This document shows, piece after piece, positions 58,315-64,000 of a stretch of 64,000 nt of DNA (positions within the stretch are counted from its first letter, which is position 1; the number at the start of each line of letters is the position of its first letter). The notes under the pieces are model-generated. The model made no database searches. It worked only from the letters and a program-made list of their open reading frames with translations, and was not told the DNA's origin. The translations under genes were made by a program, and so were the position numbers. Origin of the DNA: Candidatus Latescibacterota bacterium (GTDB lineage: Bacteria; Latescibacterota; UBA2968; GCA-2709665); assembly GCA_965248435.1 (NCBI GenBank), contig OZ252100.1, positions 480,001-544,000 on the forward strand, in the 5' to 3' direction.

Positions 58315-58405
58315 ATGATTTCCAACTGGGTCCAGAAGCAAGGTTGATTTGCTTTATTGACTATTGGATGTCGGGTATCGGATATTGAAACTGTTTCCCT
58401 AGTCT

Positions 58406-61400
58406 CTACCTCCCACCCGACTCGAGTGCCTCTCGAAAGGCGTGTGAGAAGCGCAGAAAGTCGAAGAACCCGACAAGGCCATCACCATCCTGATCGAATC
58501 GGCTGTAGGGTGTTTGGGGAAACGGCATGTCCGGCAGCTCTGTGTCCCACCCCGGACTCTCACTGTCCTGCCTGAAGGCGTTGATGAAAAGCAGGAAGTC
58601 CGGAAACGCGGCCATTCAAGTCGAGGTCGGCCCAGCGATCTCCGCTGGGGAACAAAAGCCTCGCCTCCGACGATACCAGAACGCTATCCTGTTGACCATC
58701 CAACGTCATGTAACGGACGCGAACCACACGAAGCGCGGTCTGGAGCGAATCTTCTGTTGCGGGGAAGGTACTCACCGTCTTCAGGGTCAGCTGTCCCAGG
58801 TGGTCGCCGCTCAATTCTTGACCCAGCGTACCAACGCGCACCTCAACAGACCCCGGCGAAAGCACCTCCTCTTCTTGAATCAGCGTCCCCCCAGAGTCAA
58901 ATTCCCCTGCCCGCCAGCTGCCGGTTAGGTATGTGAGATTCATTGGATCGAATTCCAGGGTGGCGCTCACGGCCCGGATCTTCGGGAGTCCCGACAAATA
59001 GAGCTCGAGAGGGATCTCCAGGTTGGCCGTGGCTTGCAGGACCGTCTCGCCCTGGTTTCCCTGGGCCGGGTCGAAATCGATTGTGACGAGTTCCGGGATG
59101 ATGCCTTGTCCGGAAAACCCCACCACCATGCCTCCCTTCGGATCATTGCTTAAAATATGCAGGGCCCCGGAGAGCGACCCAGTGCCCGTCGCCAACATCG
59201 TCACGGTGACCGACTGCCTCTCACCAGGCGCCAGCCCGCTCACACTATCTGGTACTACGGAGACCTGGCTGTCCTGACAGGTGATGGCTGCCGACAGTGG
59301 CGCCAACCCCAGGTTTAGGACGTCGAAGGAAACCGTTTGAGATCGACCCACCCAGATCGTCCCAAAATTCAGCGAATCCACTGAAGTCGAGACCACCGGG
59401 AAGACCACCGAAGGCCCTGAACGAACATTGTTGTCTTCCCTAACCTCCTCCTCGAGATCCCCGGCATCCACCTTGGTCACCCAGAAGTAGGCCTCCTCCA
59501 GTGCAGCCAGAGAGAAGGAGGGCAGGAAAAAAGAGAGGGTAACCCTACGGCTCGAATCAGGAGCCACAACCTCTTCCAAAGTCACCTCCCCCATTCGGAT
59601 GCTGTCCGCACCGCCTGCCAGATAGACCGCGACGTCGAAGGGACGGCTCGTTGGACCCGGTCCCACGTTCTGAATATCGAATGACACCGATACCTCTTCA
59701 CCCCTGAACACTTCGGGCGGTCCGACAGGGTCTGAAGAGACGGTCAGGTCGGACGGCACGACTCCGACTGCCAGGATGCCGGTCGCCTTGGCAAGGTCTA
59801 CAGAGGTCGCCTCGAACAGAGTGATGCCAGTCGTGGTATCGGCCGTTACGAGGAACGATCCCTGACCATTCAATATCGTGAAATCCCCACCTCCCCGTGC
59901 TGCCCCGGTAACAGAAACAGTAACCGAAGTGCTGTCATCCTGCGTCCGCAAATTGCCGTGAAGGTCCAGGACCTGAATCGTGATGGACCGAGCAGAAAGG
60001 CCGTCTGGCGATAGTGCTTCGCGGCCGTAACTCAGCGAAAGGTGGTGGGCCGGACCCGCAGTGACCGCGAAACCATCCCCAGCTTCACCCAGCCCAGGAG
60101 AGGATGCCGTAATCGTGACCGGACCCGTTCCCGTGGTCGCAGTCAGCGAAAAGACGGCTAATCCGCTCGTGACGGTCGCCGTCCCCCCACCGACCAGTGA
60201 CCCCTCCGCGCTCAACGTCACCACGGTCTCGTTGTCCAGTAGACGTCGATTCCCATCGGCGTCCAGGACCTGAACACCTACAGTCTTGGATGACGTCCCA
60301 TCTGCAGGGATCGAGGAAGGATCGAAAATCAGCCCCAGGCTTTGTGCACTCCCGGCACCTGCAGTCAGCGGATTTGAAAAGACCGGAAGCAGATCCCCTT
60401 CCGGTCCGGCGGGCGTGTCGTCCGCCTTCAACACGAACGTCTCTATTTCAGCGGTTGCGGTGTACGTCACCAGTCCAAAGACGGCCTTGCCCAAAGTGGC
60501 ATCCAGCGTTCTGTTCTGAAGCGTCCCCGGCGTGTCCGCGGAGAGCGTTACCGTGTCAATGAATTCAACGTCCGTGATCCCCTGCCCGTCCACGGCCGCG
60601 ACGACGGGTTGCGTCAACAAGGGCAACCCACTTATCGCTTCGCCAGGCTGCGTCAGGAATGCAAACCGTGTTGCCATCACGTCGCAAGTCGCATCCGAGG
60701 AAGTCCCAAGGGTCAGGTCGCCCTCCGTTCCTCCGGGCTGATCGTCTGCGGTCAGATTGAACAGTTCGTGGTCTTCCATCCCGGCCAAATAGCTCAGATT
60801 GCTAAACGTCGCCACGCCGGAAACGGCCGTTTGGATGAAATTGGTGAGCGTTCCCGGGCCGTTCACAGAAAGGGTGACCGCTTCGGAGAAGTCCAGATCG
60901 GTCAGACCGTCCCCGTCCTGCGCAGACACCACGGGCTGGACGCCCATCAATTGACCGCTCACCACGTCATTGGGATCAATCATAAAGTGCAACCCGGTGG
61001 CTACAACATCGCTGATGACAGCAGCTGAGGTTACGAGAGCCAGATCCCCCTCAGGGCCGCCGGCCTGATCGTCGACCGTGAGTGAAAAAGGTTGGTGGTC
61101 TGTGGTCGCGCGGTAGATCGCGTTCGTGAACGCGGCCGATCCGGAGGATGCCTGGACGGATTGCCCTTCCAGACTCCCCGGGGCGCCGGTCGTTAACATC
61201 AACGTCTCGGCGAAATCCAGGTCCACCAGGCCCTCGTCGTTTTGCGCCTCCACGACGGGCTGAGTCGTCAAGGACAGGCCGCTGGTCGACCCCTCCGGTT
61301 GAACCACGAACACAAGATTGGTGGCCAGGACGTCACTCACGATCTGCGGCGAGGAGACCGATGGGAGGTCGCCCTCGGGGCCTCCGACCTGGTCATCCGC

Positions 61401-63523
61401 CGTAAGCACGGCCGCCTCTCGGTCACCGATCGCCGAATACGTCAGGTTTGTAAACGTGGCCAGGCCTGAAAAAGCGGCTTGAGCCTGGTTCGTCAGCGTC
61501 CCTGCCGAGCTGTGATTCAAGACCACGACTTCGTCAAACCCTGTATCGACAAACCCGTTGGCGTCCTGGGCCGCGATCACGGGTTGAGCGGTCAACGGCC
61601 TTCCGCTGACCGAGCCTCCTGGTTGCGTGAGAAAGACGAGCCTCGTAGCCATCACATCAGAGACCACAGGGGCGGAGCCCACGGCCGGCAGATCTCCCTC
61701 GTCGCCTCCTGGCAGATCATCCGCCATCAATGAGAACACCTCTTGATCCGCCGTTGCCTGATAGGTCAGTGCGGTAAACGTAGCGACACCCGCGACGGGC
61801 GTCGCGAAATGGTTGATGAGTGTTCCCGCAAACCCTTCGCTCAGTGTGACCTGATCGGAAAAGCTGAGGTCCACGTTGCCGTCTGCATCCATCGCCGTTA
61901 CGGCCGGCTGAGAGGTCAACGGAATGCCGCTCACTGAACCGGCCGGCTGCACCGCAAACAGCAACTGCGTGGCAACCACATCCACGGTCACGCGATCGCT
62001 ATCACTCGCAGCTACCGGGGATCCGAGTCCACCGAGTGTGGTCGCCAACCCGTCGGATGCAAACCCAACGCGGAATGCGTGTCCTTCCATTACAAGCGTG
62101 TTCATGACACAGGCTGCAATGTAAAACCATTCCGTTCCGCCTGGTGGAAGGCTCGCCAGAGAAACGCTTGTGGGCGATCCGATCTGTATCGATGCCTGGG
62201 CAACCGAACCGATCAGCGTGTCGCCCGCATCCAGCACAGCGTCGGCGCTCTGGAAGATCTGAAGTTGGAAGAAATCGCTTGCAGTGAGACCGGTAGCTAT
62301 GGTAAGGTCAAACAGCGTAATCGTCACGCCGTCCACACTGGAGGTTCCGTCACCCGTTACTCCGACGTGAAGGATGGGGACCTGCTCCCCCGGTCGGGCG
62401 ACGATCTGGCCGAAGAGCCCGACGGCCTGTGTCGATTCGAAGATCGGTGCCGCCACCTTTCGGATCCGCCGGTTGTTTGTGTCGGCGATGAAAAGGTTTC
62501 CCGTCACGTCACCGAAAACGGCATAGGGTTGGCTCAAACTTGCACCCGTGGCCGCACCGCCGTCTCCCCCGAATCCGGAAATCCCATCTCCGACGACGGT
62601 AGTGATCGTACCAGACCCGTCCACTTTCCGGATCCTGTGGTTGTCCCGATCGGCGATGAAAAGGTCTCCGGCTGCGTTCGCGTAGACAGCCGACGGAAAG
62701 GCCAGACTGGCCAGGATGGCGGGCCCACCGTCGCCCCCGAAACCGGAACTCCCGTTTCCAGCGACGGTGGTGATCGTCCCGCCGGTCGAGACTCTTCGAA
62801 TCCTGAAGTTGAATCGGTCGGCGATATAGGCCACCCCCGATCCGTCAACGAACACACCGGATGGGAATGCAAGCTTGGCCAGCGCGGCCGGACCCCCATC
62901 ACCGGAGTAACCGAACACACCGTTTCCTGCAACGGTGGTAATCGTTCCTGAAGCGTCAACCCTCCGGACGCGGTGATTTTCACGATCCGCAAAAAACAGG
63001 TTACCCGACCCGTCTACGAAGACCCCCGTCGGGAAATTCAGCCGGGCGTCCGTCGCAGGCCCCCCATCACCGGAAAACCCGGCGTTCCCATCACCCGCGA
63101 GTGTTGTAATTACGCCTGAGGGATCGACCACACGGATACGGTGGTTGTTGGTATCCGCGATGAACAGTTTTCCGGTGCCATCCACGAACACCCCTGATGG
63201 ATCTGCAAGGCTGGCGTTCGTCGCCAACCCCCATCGCCGGAATAGCCCGAATTTCCGTCGCCTGCAACTGTGCTGATGTTGCCCAGCGGATCGACCATCC
63301 GGATCCGCCGGTTGTTGGTATCTGCGATATAGATACTTCCAGCCCCATCGGCAAAGACCCCGGCCGGGTCTGCCAGTTCCGCAGCCGTAGCAGGTCCACC
63401 ATCTCCCGAATACCCAAAACTGCCGTTTCCGGCCCTCGTCTCGATGCCCTGCGCGCTCGCGGAGCCGGCGAGAATGAGCCAGGCGTAGAACGCCATTCGC
63501 GCGACACCAAAAGGACAACCCAT
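58406..63523 (-). CDS. Giant secreted surface protein (~1700 aa): 6 NHL repeats, 5 Ig-like repeats, 2 invasin-like domains, CARDB, ASH-like, cohesin-like and dockerin/EF-hand-like tail; two apparent frameshifts (~63230, ~58607)
   Basis: Joins ORFs 63110-63547 (signal peptide plus first NHL), 58560-63518 and 58406-58615 (FPDFLLFINAF...FDQDGDGLVGFFDFLRF). Confidence 0.82.
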
Positions 63524-63554
63524 TCTGTCACTGTGCGTTATGGACAAAAGTAAG

Positions 63555-63735
63555 GTGGGCGAAGCTGCTTTCGCCAGTCCTCTAATGCAGAATCAAGGGG
63601 GTTACGAATACGGGAAGGAGCTCAAGAGAAGGGCCACAGGCGCTCGCCACCGTCAGCAATCATCCCGGGTAAGGAACCGGTGTGAGCTCGACGAAAAGGG
63701 CAGGGGAGCCCCAGTACTGACGCCTGGTCCTCCAA
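63555..63735 (-). ncRNA. Candidate structured cis-regulatory RNA leader (family unassigned)
   Basis: Nested stems, a possible pseudoknot and a downstream hairpin between a promoter and the giant gene; see findings. Confidence 0.45.
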
Positions 63736-63745
63736 ACATAAAAAA

Positions 63746-63774
63746 AAGATAAGCCTTTGTTTTTTTTGTGTCAA
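63746..63774 (-). promoter_or_regulatory. sigma70-type promoter (minus strand)
   Basis: TTGACA-17 nt-TATCTT. Confidence 0.65.
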
Positions 63775-63803
63775 GGAGAGATTTGCCATCACCTCGGTGG
63801 CGG

Positions 63804-63832
63804 TTGACATCCCAAAATCGATCGCCTATATT
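63804..63832 (+). promoter_or_regulatory. sigma70-type promoter (plus strand, divergent)
   Basis: TTGACA-17 nt-TATATT. Confidence 0.7.
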
Positions 63833-63876
63833 ACTTGCGCTTCTGTTCGAAAATCCACTCAAACCACCCTTTTTCT

Positions 63877-64000
63877 ATGGCCTTTAGGACCCTTTCCGAC
63901 TTGCCGGCCCCTGAACGCAGCCGACTCATCTACGTTGCAGTCGGGTTCATGTGCGTTGCCACAGCCGCCCTTATCGCCCGCTCTGCGGGCGACGCCCTGT
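63877..64000 (+). CDS. Start of a membrane protein (possibly Npt/MFS-like), truncated by window edge
   Basis: MAFRTLSDLPAPERSRLIYVAVGFMCVATAALIARSAGDAL, open to the end of the window. Confidence 0.5.
   Translation, partial: MAFRTLSDLPAPERSRLIYVAVGFMCVATAALIARSAGDAL

Noticed and set aside
63585-63675. c-di-AMP (ydaO) or SAM-I riboswitch on the plus strand
   Set aside because: Only scattered short matches (GAATC, CCGTCAGC, TCAAGAG); core conserved segments are missing, and promoter orientation favours the minus strand.

Overview
High-GC bacterial chromosomal segment, densely coding. I found no rRNA, CRISPR array, integrase, transposase or prophage. The gene content suggests a Latescibacterota/Poribacteria-like organism (inference): PhyH dioxygenase expansion, Gfo/Idh/MocA and sugar-isomerase genes, and a giant surface protein ending in a dockerin-like DFxxF repeat. 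Left to right: (1) an amine/C1 operon (sarcosine-oxidase alpha- and gamma-like subunits, GmaS/GlnT, core-MetE-like Zn enzyme, ArgE-like amidohydrolase); (2) two acyl-CoA ligases flanking a GH113 and a beta-barrel gene; (3) a minus-strand catabolic run; (4) five PhyH-family Fe/2OG dioxygenases plus a small partner gene; (5) thiolase, diguanylate cyclase, tRNA-Gly, rhomboid, RlmI, Fpr and other oxidoreductases; (6) a 13-Cys orphan, a heterodimeric ABC exporter, an RNase HII-YraN fusion, hisS-aspS, a lipoprotein/LysM pair, phoH-7TM-HD-ybeY-CNNM, tRNA-fMet, P-II and a response regulator; (7) a ~1700-aa NHL/Ig-repeat surface protein preceded by a promoter and an unassigned structured RNA leader. 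Five single-indel frameshifts in four genes probably reflect assembly error. Best leads: the extended amine operon, the riboswitch-like leader at 63.55-63.77 kb, dispersed periodic inverted repeats, and the PhyH cluster. All function calls come from motif recognition by eye, not database searches.
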